From Terriglobia bacterium (GTDB lineage: Bacteria > Acidobacteriota > Terriglobia > Bryobacterales > Bryobacteraceae), in contig CAVXFR010000005.1 in assembly GCA_963761045.1 (NCBI GenBank), positions 23,359 through 87,358 of the forward strand: a stretch of 64,000 nucleotides of DNA. Direction: 5' to 3'. Within the stretch, counting starts at the first letter, position 1, and the number at the start of each line of letters is the position of its first letter. Below are positions 1 to 12,456 of this stretch, in pieces. The notes beneath the pieces are model-generated. The model did not search any database, had not been told where the DNA came from, and saw only the letters and a program-made list of their open reading frames with translations. The translations under genes and the position numbers were made by a program.

Positions 1-177
1 GGTGACGGACCCCTGGGAGGGTTCCATTTCGCCGGTCACGATCTTCATGAAAGTGGATTTGCCGGATCCGTTGGGGCCGGTGATGGCGTAGCGCCGTCCC
101 TGCTGGAAGGTGGTGGTTACGTCTTCAAAGAGAATGCGGGCGCCGAAGCGCATGGTGAGGTCGTTAACGGAGATCAA
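1..177 (-). CDS. ABC-F family ATP-binding protein, N-terminal fragment (gene continues left of the window)
   Basis: Reverse-complement translation is (M)ISVNDLTMRFGARILFEDVTTTFQQGRRYAITGPNGSGKSTFMKIVTGEMEPSQGSVT, with Walker A GPNGSGKST. TTG start at 177 follows a GAGGAA RBS-like motif. Not in the ORF track because it is truncated by the window edge. Confidence 0.75.
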   Translation of the reverse strand, partial: MISVNDLTMRFGARILFEDVTTTFQQGRRYAITGPNGSGKSTFMKIVTGEMEPSQGSVT

Positions 178-679
178 GATAGAAAGTGTTTCCTCAGGAT
201 TTGCGGATCGAGGCAACTTGGGGAAGGGCGATCCGGCTTACACTTCGATTATAGCGTGTAACGCCGTAAGCCGAATTTACGAGGAGAAACCGGGCGATTG
301 CCGGGTTTTGTTGGTGGGAAATGAAGAAGGGCGGCGTCGCTGAGCGGGTCTGCCTAGGATCTTTCGTTGACGCCATCAAGGTGCGCTTTGAGCGCCGCAC
401 TTTTGCCTGCTTGAACCATCCACCGAGGTTGGTTCGCAAGGGCGCGGGTGCAATTCCGGACGTTTCGCGATCCTAACTGCTGGCAGAGAGGCTCAAGTTT
501 CGCCGCCCTGCACTACTGTAAGGTGGACTATCCACTGGCCTCCTTTCATCCTACTCCGGCCCCGCTGGCCGGTACGCTCACTTACCTCTTTCTTGCAATT
601 CAAGAATGCTCCCAAAGTTCGTATTTGTCAATAGAACCCGGTGCTGGAGTGTATACTCGTGGTGTCAAAGGAGGGCGTC

Positions 680-2275
680 GTGCATCGTTCTATTTTTAGC
701 GTGGCAGCAGTGGTTGTCGCGTCACTGATTCCCGTTTTCGCGCAGGCGCCCGCGCCGGCTCCCGCGCCGGCTCCAGCGGCCGCCAAGACGGCGGAGAGCG
801 ACCGCTTTCCCGCTCCGCCGGCGGTCGAAAAGCTGACGCAAACGCAGCACAGCATCCAGATCAACGGAAAGACCATCGCTTACACGGCCACGGCGGGAAC
901 GCTGGTGCTGAAGAAAGACGGCACGAAGCCCATCGCCAGCATGTTCTTCGTCGCCTACACGCGCAACGATGCGGGCGACAAATCCAAGCGACCGGTGACG
1001 TTCGCGTTCAACGGCGGACCCGGCTCCTCTTCGGTCTGGCTGCATATCGGAGCGCTGGGTCCCAAGCGCGTGGTGTTAGGCCCCAATGGTGAACAGCCGC
1101 CTCCGCCTTACCATCTGGTCGATAACGACGACACGCTGCTGGAATTCACGGACCTGGTGTTCATCGATCCGGTGACCACGGGCTACAGCCGGCATGCTCC
1201 GGGCGAAGATCCCAAGCAGTTCCATGGCCTGGAAGGCGATCTGAACTCGGTGGCCGATTTTATCCGCCTGTATACCGGCAAATTCGACCGCTGGAGCTCG
1301 CCCAAATTCCTGGCGGGCGAGAGCTATGGCACGACGCGCGCGGCGGGCCTGGCCGAGGTGCTGCTCGAACAGGGCATCTATCTGAACGGGATCACGCTGA
1401 TTTCTTCCGTCTTGAATTTCGAAACGATTTCTTTCGCGCCCGGAAATGAACTGCCGTACATTCTGTATCTGCCCACGTACACCGCGGCGGCCTGGTATCA
1501 CAAGAAACTGCCCGCCGATTTGCAGCGCGGCACGCTGGAGAAAGCGGTGCAGGCGGCTCGCGACTTCGCGGGTGGCGACTACACGCTGGCGCTGATGAAG
1601 GGCAACCGGCTCACTGCGGCGGAGCGGTCCAAGACCGCAGGGCAGATCGCGCGCTTCACGGGACTCACGAAAGAATACGTCGAGCAGAGTAACCTGCGCA
1701 TTTCGATCCAGCGCTTTCGCAAGGAGCTGTTGCGCGCGGAGGGGCGCACGATCGGGCGCTACGACAGTCGTCTGGAAGGCACCGATTCCGACTCCGTGGG
1801 CGAACGTCCCGAATATGACGCCAGCTACGCCAGCGTCCAGGGCGCGTTTACCGCTGCGTTTAACGACTACCTTCGCCAGGATCTGAAATGGGATACCGAT
1901 CTGACGTACGACGTCCTCACGGATAAAGTGCAGCCCTGGAGCTATGAGAAGCAGCAGAATCGCTACGTCAACACCGGGGAGATGCTGCGGCAAGCCATGG
2001 CGCAGAACCCGAGCCTGCACGTGCTGGCGGCCAACGGGTACTACGATCTGGCGACGCCATTTTTCGCCACCGAATACACCTTCAACCATCTGGCGCTCGA
2101 TCCGTCGTTGCAGAGCAACGTGAAATTGACCTACTGCGACGCCGGCCACATGCTGTACACCTACAAGCCTTGTCTCGACTCGCTGCGGCATTCGATCGAG
2201 GAGCTGTACGGACAGGCGCTGTCGTCTTCGCAGCCGGAAACGCGGCGTAGTGGAGCGGCCGGGGCCGTAAGGTAA
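680..2275 (+). CDS. Secreted S10-family serine carboxypeptidase-like peptidase
   Basis: ORF 641-2275. GTG at 680 follows AAGGAGGG and gives the signal peptide HRSIFSVAAVVVASLIPVFAQA. An (AP)n linker follows. Motifs GGPGSSS and the catalytic-Ser motif GESYG are present. Confidence 0.85.
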   Translation: MHRSIFSVAAVVVASLIPVFAQAPAPAPAPAPAAAKTAESDRFPAPPAVEKLTQTQHSIQINGKTIAYTATAGTLVLKKDGTKPIASMFFVAYTRNDAGDKSKRPVTFAFNGGPGSSSVWLHIGALGPKRVVLGPNGEQPPPPYHLVDNDDTLLEFTDLVFIDPVTTGYSRHAPGEDPKQFHGLEGDLNSVADFIRLYTGKFDRWSSPKFLAGESYGTTRAAGLAEVLLEQGIYLNGITLISSVLNFETISFAPGNELPYILYLPTYTAAAWYHKKLPADLQRGTLEKAVQAARDFAGGDYTLALMKGNRLTAAERSKTAGQIARFTGLTKEYVEQSNLRISIQRFRKELLRAEGRTIGRYDSRLEGTDSDSVGERPEYDASYASVQGAFTAAFNDYLRQDLKWDTDLTYDVLTDKVQPWSYEKQQNRYVNTGEMLRQAMAQNPSLHVLAANGYYDLATPFFATEYTFNHLALDPSLQSNVKLTYCDAGHMLYTYKPCLDSLRHSIEELYGQALSSSQPETRRSGAAGAVR

Positions 2276-2284
2276 GAATCGAAT

Positions 2285-3208
2285 ATGATCACCATCCTGG
2301 GAGCGGGTGGCGCGATCGGCAACGAACTGGTGAAAGAGCTCACTGGCCGTAGTGAGCCTATCCGGCTGGTCGGCAGGAATCCCAAACTGGTCGAGGGAGC
2401 AACGGAGGCGGTCGCGGCCGATCTCTCAAACCTCAACGATACGGTGAAGGCGGTTTCCGGATCCAGGATTGCGTTTTTGCTGGCCGGGCTGAAGTACGAC
2501 ACCGGCGTATGGCGGACGATGTGGCCCCGGATCATGGGCAACACCATTGAAGCCGCCAAGCGCGCCGGCGCCCGGCTGGTCTTTTTCGACAACGTGTATA
2601 TGTACGGAAAAGTGGACGGCGCGATGACGGAAGAGACGCCGTTCCGCCCGTGCAGCAAGAAGGGCGAGATCCGCGCCCAGATCGCCACCACGCTGCTCGA
2701 TGAGATCAAGGCGGGAAATCTGACGGCGCTCATCGCGCGGTCGGCCGACTTTTACGGCCCCCATGCGCGGACGGGCTTCCCCAATGTTCTGGTGTTCGAT
2801 AAATTCGCGCAGGGTGCGAAAGCGAACTGGCTGGTCAACGATGCAGTGAAACACTCGTTCACCTTCACGCCGGATGCGGCGCGCAGCCTGGTCCTGCTGG
2901 CGGACGCCGAAAACGCCTGGAATCAGACCTGGCATGTTCCCACCGCCCCGGATCCGCCCACCGGGAAGGAGCTGATTGAGCTCGCGGCCGCCGAGTTTGG
3001 GACGCAGCCGAGATATCGTGTGCTCCGCAGGCCGATGCTTCGTGTGGCGGGATGGTTCGATACGACCATCCGGGAACTGGGTGAGATGCTTTATCAGTAC
3101 GAGTCCGACTACCTATTCGATTCGACTAAATTCAACCAGACCTTCGGCTTTCAGCCGGCCTCTTATGCGGAAAGCGTCCGCAGAACCGTGCAGGCATATT
3201 CGTCCTGA
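2285..3208 (+). CDS. NAD(P)-dependent epimerase/dehydratase (extended SDR family)
   Basis: N-terminal Rossmann motif MITILGAGGAIGNELV. 307 aa, typical SDR length and layout. Confidence 0.8.
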   Translation: MITILGAGGAIGNELVKELTGRSEPIRLVGRNPKLVEGATEAVAADLSNLNDTVKAVSGSRIAFLLAGLKYDTGVWRTMWPRIMGNTIEAAKRAGARLVFFDNVYMYGKVDGAMTEETPFRPCSKKGEIRAQIATTLLDEIKAGNLTALIARSADFYGPHARTGFPNVLVFDKFAQGAKANWLVNDAVKHSFTFTPDAARSLVLLADAENAWNQTWHVPTAPDPPTGKELIELAAAEFGTQPRYRVLRRPMLRVAGWFDTTIRELGEMLYQYESDYLFDSTKFNQTFGFQPASYAESVRRTVQAYSS

Positions 3209-3223
3209 CTTCGAAGGCGCGGG

Positions 3224-3514
3224 TCAATTGCGCCGCGATTGGCGGTGCGCGCCGCCTCCCAGTCCTCCGAGGTCGATGATGACGGCGATCAGAAGCCACA
3301 GCAGATTGATTCCCTCGGTCGGCATGCCGCTGTTGATTTCCCAGGCATAGACGATGGTGGTGAGGGGCAGGAAAAAGAATCCGAGCAAGGGCAGCAACAG
3401 ACCGCCGTGGAAGGCGCGCTGCAGATACGTCGAGAAGATCCACATCAAGGCGAATGCGACACGGGGAAACCCTAAGATGACGATCAGGATCAGGCAGGGC
3501 ATGGCGACTCCCAA
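3224..3514 (-). CDS. Small integral membrane protein, unknown function
   Basis: 96-aa ORF with three clearly hydrophobic segments (LILIVILGF, LLLPLLGFFFLPL, LLWLLIAVIIDLGGLGG). No recognisable motif. Confidence 0.5.
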   Translation of the reverse strand: MGVAMPCLILIVILGFPRVAFALMWIFSTYLQRAFHGGLLLPLLGFFFLPLTTIVYAWEINSGMPTEGINLLWLLIAVIIDLGGLGGGAHRQSRRN

Positions 3515-3581
3515 GCCGCGTCGAACGCGGGCAAGGCGATGATATCAGATTCATCGACGCGGCCTGTTGGCTGTATTCCGA

Positions 3582-6047
<2,466 letters not shown>

Positions 6048-6129
6048 GAGGAGTAATACGATGCAGAACGATTTGGGGATGCAGCGGGCACTGATTTAGG
6101 AACGAGAGTTCGGGCGACTTCGTTCCGTG

Positions 6130-8592
6130 CTATTCGGCGCGCAGAGCTTCGACCGGATCGACCGCAGTGGCCCGGCGGGCGGGAAGATAGCTGGCCAGCG
6201 CCGCGGCCGCGATCAGGAGCAGGGCGACACCGGCGTAGGTCAGTGGATCGAGCGCAGTGACTCCGAACAGCAGGGAGGACATCAGGCGGGTCAGGGCGGC
6301 GGCCACGCCTAATCCGATCACCGCGCCGATGGCGGCGAGCAGCAGTCCGTGGCGCACAAACATTTGCCTGAGTTCCGCGGGCTGGGCGCCGAGCGCCATG
6401 CGGATGCCGATCTCGCGGGTCCGCTGCGAGACCGCGTAGGCGATGACGCCGTAAATTCCGACGACGCCCAGCACCAGGGCCATCACGCCGGCAATGGCCA
6501 GCATCACCAGCGTGAGGGACGTGCGGGCCATGGACTGATCGTAGAGGTCCTGAAGAGTCCGGACCCGGTACACGGGCAAGGTCGAATTGACCGACCAGAT
6601 GGCCTGGCGGGCCTCGGCCAGGAAACTCTCCGTCCCCGCGCGGCTGGTGCGGACCAGGAATACACCGGTGCGGTTGATGTGCACGGGATCGGTATAAAAG
6701 GTGTCCATCATGGCGGGCCAGTAGGCGACCGCCGGGGGCTTTTTCCCGACACCGTCGCCATAGATATCGCCGGCCACGCCCACGATCTCGCGCCAGGGAT
6801 CCTGCATGCCCTCCCGGATCCGTTTGCCCAGGGCGGCGGCCGGGCCACCCCACAATTCGCTCGCCAGATTCTCGGATACGATGGCCACGTGGCGCTGGCC
6901 GTACAGATCGGTCCAGGTGAAATCGCGGCCGGCGATCAGAGCCGTGCCGGTGGTCTTAAAGAACCCGGGAGTAATGAAGCGGTAGCGCCGGATGGGGGGG
7001 ATTTTCGAAGCCGCATAGTTTTTGTCCGCCGCATAGAGAACATCGTTGGAGTTGATTCCTTCCAGCGGCGCGGAATTAGCGAATGCCACCGAGGCGACTC
7101 CGGGAATGGTTGCCAGCTTGTCGAGCATGGCGTTCTGCATGCGCATCACCTGATCGGGTTGCTTCACTCGTGCTTCGGGGATGGAAACGCGCATCAGCTG
7201 GACTTCTCCGGGCCTGGTGAAGCCGGGCTGGACGTTTCGCAAAGCGTGGAAGGTGCGAATCATGAGGCCGGAGCCGACCAGAAGGACCAGAGCCAGCGCG
7301 ACCTGAACCACCACCAAAGTGTTGCGCGTGCGATGCCGCTCCCGGCTGTCGCTCAAGCTGCGTCCGCCGGCGCGCAGGGAAGCGGCCAAGCGGGGTCCCA
7401 CATACTTCAGGATCGGAATCAGCCCGAAGAACAGGCCCGCCAGCAGGGAGACTGCGAACGTGAATGCGAGCACCAGCGGATCGATCGAGACTTCGCCCAG
7501 CCGCGGCAAGGTAGCGGGAGCGCGGGCCAACAGGATTCGCAGCGCGGCGTACGCCAGCGCCAGGCCCAGAACGCCTCCCAGGATGCCGAGAGTCAGGCTT
7601 TCGAGCAGCATTTCGCGCGCGATTCGTCCCCAGCCGGCTCCCAGGGCGGCGCGGATGGCCAATTCCTGCTGGCGGGCCTCGGCGCGCACCAGCAAAAGAT
7701 TGGCGACGTTGGCGCAGGCGATCAGCAGGACCAATCCGATGGTGCCCATCAGAACCCAGAGCACGGCTCCGCTATCGCCGACCACATCCTGTTTCAAGGG
7801 CAGGAGGTTGGGACCAAAGCGGGCATTCTCGATCACGGAGCGGTCGAATCCAGGCGGCGGGGGCCAGGAACGGAGCCAGATGGGGAGCATCCGCGCGACA
7901 TCGGCGTTGGCCTGCTGCAAAGTGACGCCGGGCTTCAGGCGGGCGATGCCCTGGTAGCTGAAATTCGACAGATAAACCTTGTTGCGGTCCAAGCGTTGGG
8001 GCAGAATGATTTCGGGGTCGAGGTTCAGGAAGCGGAAGGTCCGGGGCATCACGCCAATGATCGTTTGGGGGAGCGAATTCAGCGTGAGAACACTCCCGAT
8101 CACGGACTTGTCTCCGCCGAAGCGCCGCTGCCAGTATCCATAGGTCAGCATCACGGTGTTGGGCGAGCCGGGCTGTTCGTCCGCCTCGGAAAACCAGCGT
8201 CCCAAGACAGGCTGCACGCCGAGCGCTTGCAGAGTGCCGTAGGTGACGACTAAGGCTTGGATCTGCTCCGGCTCGGCCACGCCCGTTACGCTGGCGCCGT
8301 AGGTCGACCAGAGGCCGAATTCCTGGAAGGTGTGGTTCTCCTCACGATAAGTGAAGTACATGCTGGGCGAGCAATTGATGTTCCCGTCGGCCGAAGTGAT
8401 CCCGGGCGCCACCTGCCAAACCGACACCAACTCCTGGGGCTGAGGATAGGGCAGGGGCTTGATCAAGACCCCATCGACCACGCTGAAGATGGCCGTATTG
8501 GCGCCGATGCCGAGGGCCAGAGTCAGCAGCGCGACGGCGGTGAACGCCGGGGCCCGCCCAAGCCGCCGGAAAACGTGTTGGAGGGCTCTCAT
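6130..8592 (-). CDS. ADOP-family (MacB/FtsX-like, duplicated) orphan ABC permease, copy 2
   Basis: 820 aa, collinear with copy 1 over the full length. Roughly three quarters of residues are identical by eye, with the same conserved blocks. Confidence 0.9.
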   Translation of the reverse strand: MRALQHVFRRLGRAPAFTAVALLTLALGIGANTAIFSVVDGVLIKPLPYPQPQELVSVWQVAPGITSADGNINCSPSMYFTYREENHTFQEFGLWSTYGASVTGVAEPEQIQALVVTYGTLQALGVQPVLGRWFSEADEQPGSPNTVMLTYGYWQRRFGGDKSVIGSVLTLNSLPQTIIGVMPRTFRFLNLDPEIILPQRLDRNKVYLSNFSYQGIARLKPGVTLQQANADVARMLPIWLRSWPPPPGFDRSVIENARFGPNLLPLKQDVVGDSGAVLWVLMGTIGLVLLIACANVANLLLVRAEARQQELAIRAALGAGWGRIAREMLLESLTLGILGGVLGLALAYAALRILLARAPATLPRLGEVSIDPLVLAFTFAVSLLAGLFFGLIPILKYVGPRLAASLRAGGRSLSDSRERHRTRNTLVVVQVALALVLLVGSGLMIRTFHALRNVQPGFTRPGEVQLMRVSIPEARVKQPDQVMRMQNAMLDKLATIPGVASVAFANSAPLEGINSNDVLYAADKNYAASKIPPIRRYRFITPGFFKTTGTALIAGRDFTWTDLYGQRHVAIVSENLASELWGGPAAALGKRIREGMQDPWREIVGVAGDIYGDGVGKKPPAVAYWPAMMDTFYTDPVHINRTGVFLVRTSRAGTESFLAEARQAIWSVNSTLPVYRVRTLQDLYDQSMARTSLTLVMLAIAGVMALVLGVVGIYGVIAYAVSQRTREIGIRMALGAQPAELRQMFVRHGLLLAAIGAVIGLGVAAALTRLMSSLLFGVTALDPLTYAGVALLLIAAAALASYLPARRATAVDPVEALRAE

Positions 8593-8626
8593 GGAATGTT
8601 ACGATGCAGAGGCGGCCGAAGAACCT

Positions 8627-9577
8627 CTATCGGGATGTCACAAATTCGACCGTAAATAGCATCTCATGAGACTGCTGGGTCGTGCCGGGCTGGGCCTGGT
8701 CCGCGGAACGCCGGGCGCCCCACTGGTCGGCCTGATCCAGGGCGCTCTGATTCAATCCAGGATCGCTGCTGGCGAGTATCTCGGTTTCGCTCACATGCCC
8801 GTCCGGTGAAACGCTCCCGTGCAGAGTCACGACTTGCACCGCGAGATTCGCGCCCGACCTGAAGATCGCGCCATTGATGGGAACTATGCCACGCACGTGA
8901 AGGGGCGGGGTCATCACCCGTCCGACGCCCAGCGCGGTCATGCCGGCGGGATCGAAGAGCGCACTCTGGGGGGCGCCCGGATCGGACACGCTTTCCGTTT
9001 TCGCTTCGATCACCGTGCGGCCTGCCTCCGAAATAGTGAATGAGCCGGGAATGGTCTTCCCGTGGAACTGGATCGCGTTGGAGTAATCATAGTGGACGTA
9101 TAAGCCCGGAACAGGAGAATAAATCGTCAGCAACCCGGTATTGGAATCGACGCAATATTCCGAGTCATCCCAACTGCGGCCGCCGTCGGAGGGCCGGCCG
9201 GGAACGTTCGGTCCCAGCAGAACACAGTGCTGTTCGGCTCCGTTCACATACCCGGTTGCGGTTCGCAACGGAAGGCGAGGGCCGATCTGCGCGAAGTTGA
9301 AAAAGATGGCTTCCCGGACCTGCACCAGGCGCAGCGGCAGCACCCCTGCGGGCTGATTGCTGTACAGCACGCCACGCGTCCCATGGGTATATAGATTGAT
9401 CCCGGCGTAATTCGGCCCCTGCGCCGTCCAGCGATAAATGCCGCGCCCGGGCGCGATGTCTTCCAAAGTCCAGCTTCCGTCCGAGGGCAATCCGCCAGAG
9501 GTTGTGAACGAGGTCTTTAGATCATAGGGCTGGGCGCGCACGTTGGAGAGTTCGCGGGCTTTGGTGAGGAGGGTCAT
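8627..9577 (-). CDS. Hypothetical protein with TonB_C-like C-terminal domain (N-terminus possibly severed, see findings)
   Basis: 316-aa ORF. The last 80 aa or so (VQVVTLHGSVSPDGHVSETEILASSDPGLNQSALDQADQW...MLFTVEF) follow the TonB C-terminal pattern. The frame stays open upstream to about 9683 without a start codon. Confidence 0.6.
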   Translation of the reverse strand: MTLLTKARELSNVRAQPYDLKTSFTTSGGLPSDGSWTLEDIAPGRGIYRWTAQGPNYAGINLYTHGTRGVLYSNQPAGVLPLRLVQVREAIFFNFAQIGPRLPLRTATGYVNGAEQHCVLLGPNVPGRPSDGGRSWDDSEYCVDSNTGLLTIYSPVPGLYVHYDYSNAIQFHGKTIPGSFTISEAGRTVIEAKTESVSDPGAPQSALFDPAGMTALGVGRVMTPPLHVRGIVPINGAIFRSGANLAVQVVTLHGSVSPDGHVSETEILASSDPGLNQSALDQADQWGARRSADQAQPGTTQQSHEMLFTVEFVTSR

Positions 9578-9893
9578 CGCGGCGAGCCGCTGCTGGGCAT
9601 CCTGGACGGGCTGCGCGGAGCCGGTGACGGGCTCAAGCGGATCGACGGGACGGCGGTCGGGGAAGGGCTTGGAGATTCGGCAGGGTCACGCGCCGGGACG
9701 GGACGCCCGATCCCTGCGCCGCTGAAATTCCTTGAAACGTAATTCCCTGAAATGCGATGCCAATTGCGGCGAAATAACGAAAAGACAAGGACACGTTTAC
9801 GACTCCTAGATGAAAGCTATCATATAACACTGGGGGGTCGGGAGACCCGCCCGGCTTGACGGTAGACCCTAAAGGGGAGGCAACAATCGACCG

Positions 9894-10241
9894 ATGATCT
9901 GCCTAGTGGACCGCCGCCTGCACAACCGCTCGCTCGCCGATCTGGACGTACGCGTGATCCGGCTCACAAAGCAGGGCGACGGCGTCTCGGGAAGATTCGC
10001 GGACATCTCGGAGGCCGGTCTCTGTCTCATTCTGCCATGCGAGCTGTGGCCGGAAGAGCTGGTGAAACTGAAGGCCGCCGACAGCACGCTGTTCGGTCAC
10101 GTGGTCTACTCGGAGTGGAAGCGGAACGCATTCCGGACGGGCATCGAGTTGGAGCGGGTGCTGCTTGGCGAAACGGACCTGGCGGAGCTGCTGCGCGCGG
10201 TCTTGCGGAACACGATGCCGGAAATCTTGCTGCCTCGCTAG
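9894..10241 (+). CDS. Single-domain PilZ (c-di-GMP receptor-like) protein
   Basis: 115 aa carrying both PilZ signature motifs: RLHNR (RxxxR) near the N-terminus and DISEAG (DxSxxG). Confidence 0.7.
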   Translation: MICLVDRRLHNRSLADLDVRVIRLTKQGDGVSGRFADISEAGLCLILPCELWPEELVKLKAADSTLFGHVVYSEWKRNAFRTGIELERVLLGETDLAELLRAVLRNTMPEILLPR

Positions 10242-10286
10242 CGCGCTGCCCTGGGGGTGGTAGAATCGGAGTCTCCCCCCTTAGTC

Positions 10287-10673
10287 ATGCAGCGTGCCGG
10301 AACCCTTTTCGGAAAACTGAAGCTGTCGCCGGACATCGATCCGGAGACGCGCGCGCGCGCGGCGTGGACGCTGGCGGCGGGGAAGAAGATCGCCGCGCAC
10401 ACGCTGGCCTCGGCGCTGGTGCGCGGAACCCTGATCGTGGAAGTGGAAGACATGGTGTGGCAAAAGCAGCTCAACACGCTGCGGCATTTTCTGTTGCGCA
10501 ATCTAAAGGAAGCGCTGGGCGAGGCTCTGGTGACGGAGATCGACTTTCGTCCGATGCCGAAGAGGATCCAACCGCAGCGAGCAGTATCGGCACGCCGGCA
10601 AGACTCAAACGGGATCGACGATCCGGTGATGGCGATGCTGTACCGGCAATCCAAGAAGCGAGGCACCGCGTGA
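10287..10673 (+). CDS. DUF721 (DciA-like) domain protein
   Basis: ORF 10257-10673, with ATG at 10287 ([11 protein letters not shown]...). The pattern ...[14 protein letters not shown]...[17 protein letters not shown]... matches my recollection of DUF721. Its stop overlaps the gatC GTG start (GTGA). Confidence 0.6.
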   Translation: MQRAGTLFGKLKLSPDIDPETRARAAWTLAAGKKIAAHTLASALVRGTLIVEVEDMVWQKQLNTLRHFLLRNLKEALGEALVTEIDFRPMPKRIQPQRAVSARRQDSNGIDDPVMAMLYRQSKKRGTA

Positions 10674-10969
10674 AGATTACCGAGCAGGAAGTCCGGCGGG
10701 TGGCGGAGCTGGCCAACCTGGCGCTGACCGAGCAGGAGATCGTCCGCATGACGGAGGACATGGACGGGATTCTCGGGCACATGGACAAGCTGAACGAACT
10801 GGATACTTCGAACGTGGAGCCGATGTCTCAGGTGCTATACGATGCGCAGGACACTGCGACGCTGCGCGAGGACGTCGTGCGGAAGCCGCTGGGAAATGCC
10901 GACGCGCTGGCGAACGCTCCGGTGGCGGGGCAGGGGTATTACAAGGTGCCCAGGGTGATCGAGAAGTGA
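10670..10969 (+). CDS. gatC: Asp-tRNA(Asn)/Glu-tRNA(Gln) amidotransferase subunit C
   Basis: Translation [52 protein letters not shown]... is canonical GatC. 99 aa, 4-nt overlap with gatA. Confidence 0.9.
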   Translation: MKITEQEVRRVAELANLALTEQEIVRMTEDMDGILGHMDKLNELDTSNVEPMSQVLYDAQDTATLREDVVRKPLGNADALANAPVAGQGYYKVPRVIEK

Positions 10970-12397
10970 CGGTCGATTCCATCCGGGCCGACCTGCTGGC
11001 CAAGAAAATCAGCGCGGAAGAGCTGGCGCGGCAGGCGCTGGCGCACGCCGAGGCCGAGAATCCGAAAACCAACGCCTATCTGACGTTTGCGCCCGAAAGG
11101 GCATTGGCCGCGGCGAAAGCCGTGGATCGAAAGATCGCCGCGGGCGAAGATCCGGGGCCGCTGGCGGGCGTGCCCATCGCCATTAAAGATGTGATTCTCA
11201 CGCGTGGGCTGCGCACCACGTGCGCGTCGCGGATGCTCGAGAATTACATTCCTCCCTACGATGCGACGGCGGTGATCCGCATCGAGGAGGCGGGCGGCGT
11301 GATCCTCGGCAAGACCAATTGCGACGAGTTCGCCATGGGTTCCTCCAACGAAAATTCCGCATTTGGACCGGTACGGAATCCGGCGGCCCTGGACCGTGTG
11401 CCAGGCGGATCTCCAGGGGGCTCGGCGGCGGTGGTGGCGCAGGGGACCGCGGTGCTGTCGCTGGGATCGGATACCGGCGGGTCGATCCGTCAGCCGGCGT
11501 CGTTCTGCGGCGTGACTGGGGTAACGCCGACCTATGGACGTGTATCGCGCTACGGGCTGACGGCGTTCGCCAGCTCGCTGGACCATATCGGGCCGTTCTC
11601 GCGGACGGTGCGGGATTCCGCGCGGCTGCTGCAGGTGATGGCGGGGCGGGATGAAATGGATGCGACCTCGGCGTTCGCGCCGGTGCCGGATTATGCGGCG
11701 GCGCTGGACGGGAACATCCGGGGGATGAAGATCGGCATTCCGAAGGAGTTTTTCGACGGCCTCGCGAGCGACACGGGCGACGTGATTCAGGCGGCCATTC
11801 AGACGCTCCAGAAACTGGGATGCGAGATTCGCGAGATCACGTTGCCGCACACCGCGTATGCGGTAGGAACCTACTATATTATCTGCACGGCGGAAGCGAG
11901 CTCGAATCTGGCGCGCTATGACGGCGTGCGGTATACCAGCCGGTCCGCAGGCCGCAGGCAGTTTACAGGAAATGTATCGCCAGACGCGCGACGAAGGGTT
12001 CGGAGCGGAGTGCAAGCGGCGGATCATGCTGGGAACCTACGTGCTGAGCTCGGGCTATTACGACGCGTACTACCTGAAAGCCCAGAAAGTGCGGGCGCTG
12101 GTGGCGCGCGACTACGCGCAGGCCTTCGAGCAGGTGGACGCGATCGTGGGTCCGGTGTCGCCGTTCCCGGCATTCAAGCTGGGGGAAAAGGTCGACGATC
12201 CCACCGCGATGTATCTCTCCGACATCTATACAGTGACGGGCGATCTGGCGGGAGTCCCGTGCATGAGCGTGCCGGCCGGGAAAACCGCGGAAGGATTGCC
12301 CGTGGGGTTGCAAGTCCTGGCGAACCACTTCAACGAGACGGCGATGTTTCGTGTAGCGGATGCTTTCGAGCGGGCATCTACTCTAGTGGCGGACTGA
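10966..12397 (+). pseudogene. gatA: Glutamyl-tRNA(Gln) amidotransferase subunit A, interrupted by an apparent +1 frameshift near 11940-11958
   Basis: Frame 1 (from 10966) gives canonical GatA (amidase signature [12 protein letters not shown]-like [26 protein letters not shown]) up to [12 protein letters not shown]. The conserved continuation [45 protein letters not shown]...ends at 12397 in frame 2 (ORF 11918-12397). Confidence 0.85.
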
Positions 12398-12456
12398 AGT
12401 CCGCCGCGGGCTATAAAGCCCACCCCACAAGTACGAAGTTGAGAGAGAATCAAAGT

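Noticed and set aside
735-785. GC-rich (GCNCCN)n repeat that might be a tandem repeat or array
   Set aside because: It is in frame inside the S10 peptidase gene and encodes an (Ala-Pro)n linker directly after the signal peptide. It is a low-complexity protein linker, not a DNA element.
11945-11958. The 7-nt tandem repeat CCGCAGG-CCGCAGG as the direct cause (duplication) of the gatA frameshift
   Set aside because: Deleting one copy does restore the frame. But it gives a linker two residues shorter than I remember for GatA orthologues. A single-base deletion just upstream also restores the frame at the usual length. All other junctions in the window behave as single-base insertions. I keep it as an alternative, not the preferred explanation.
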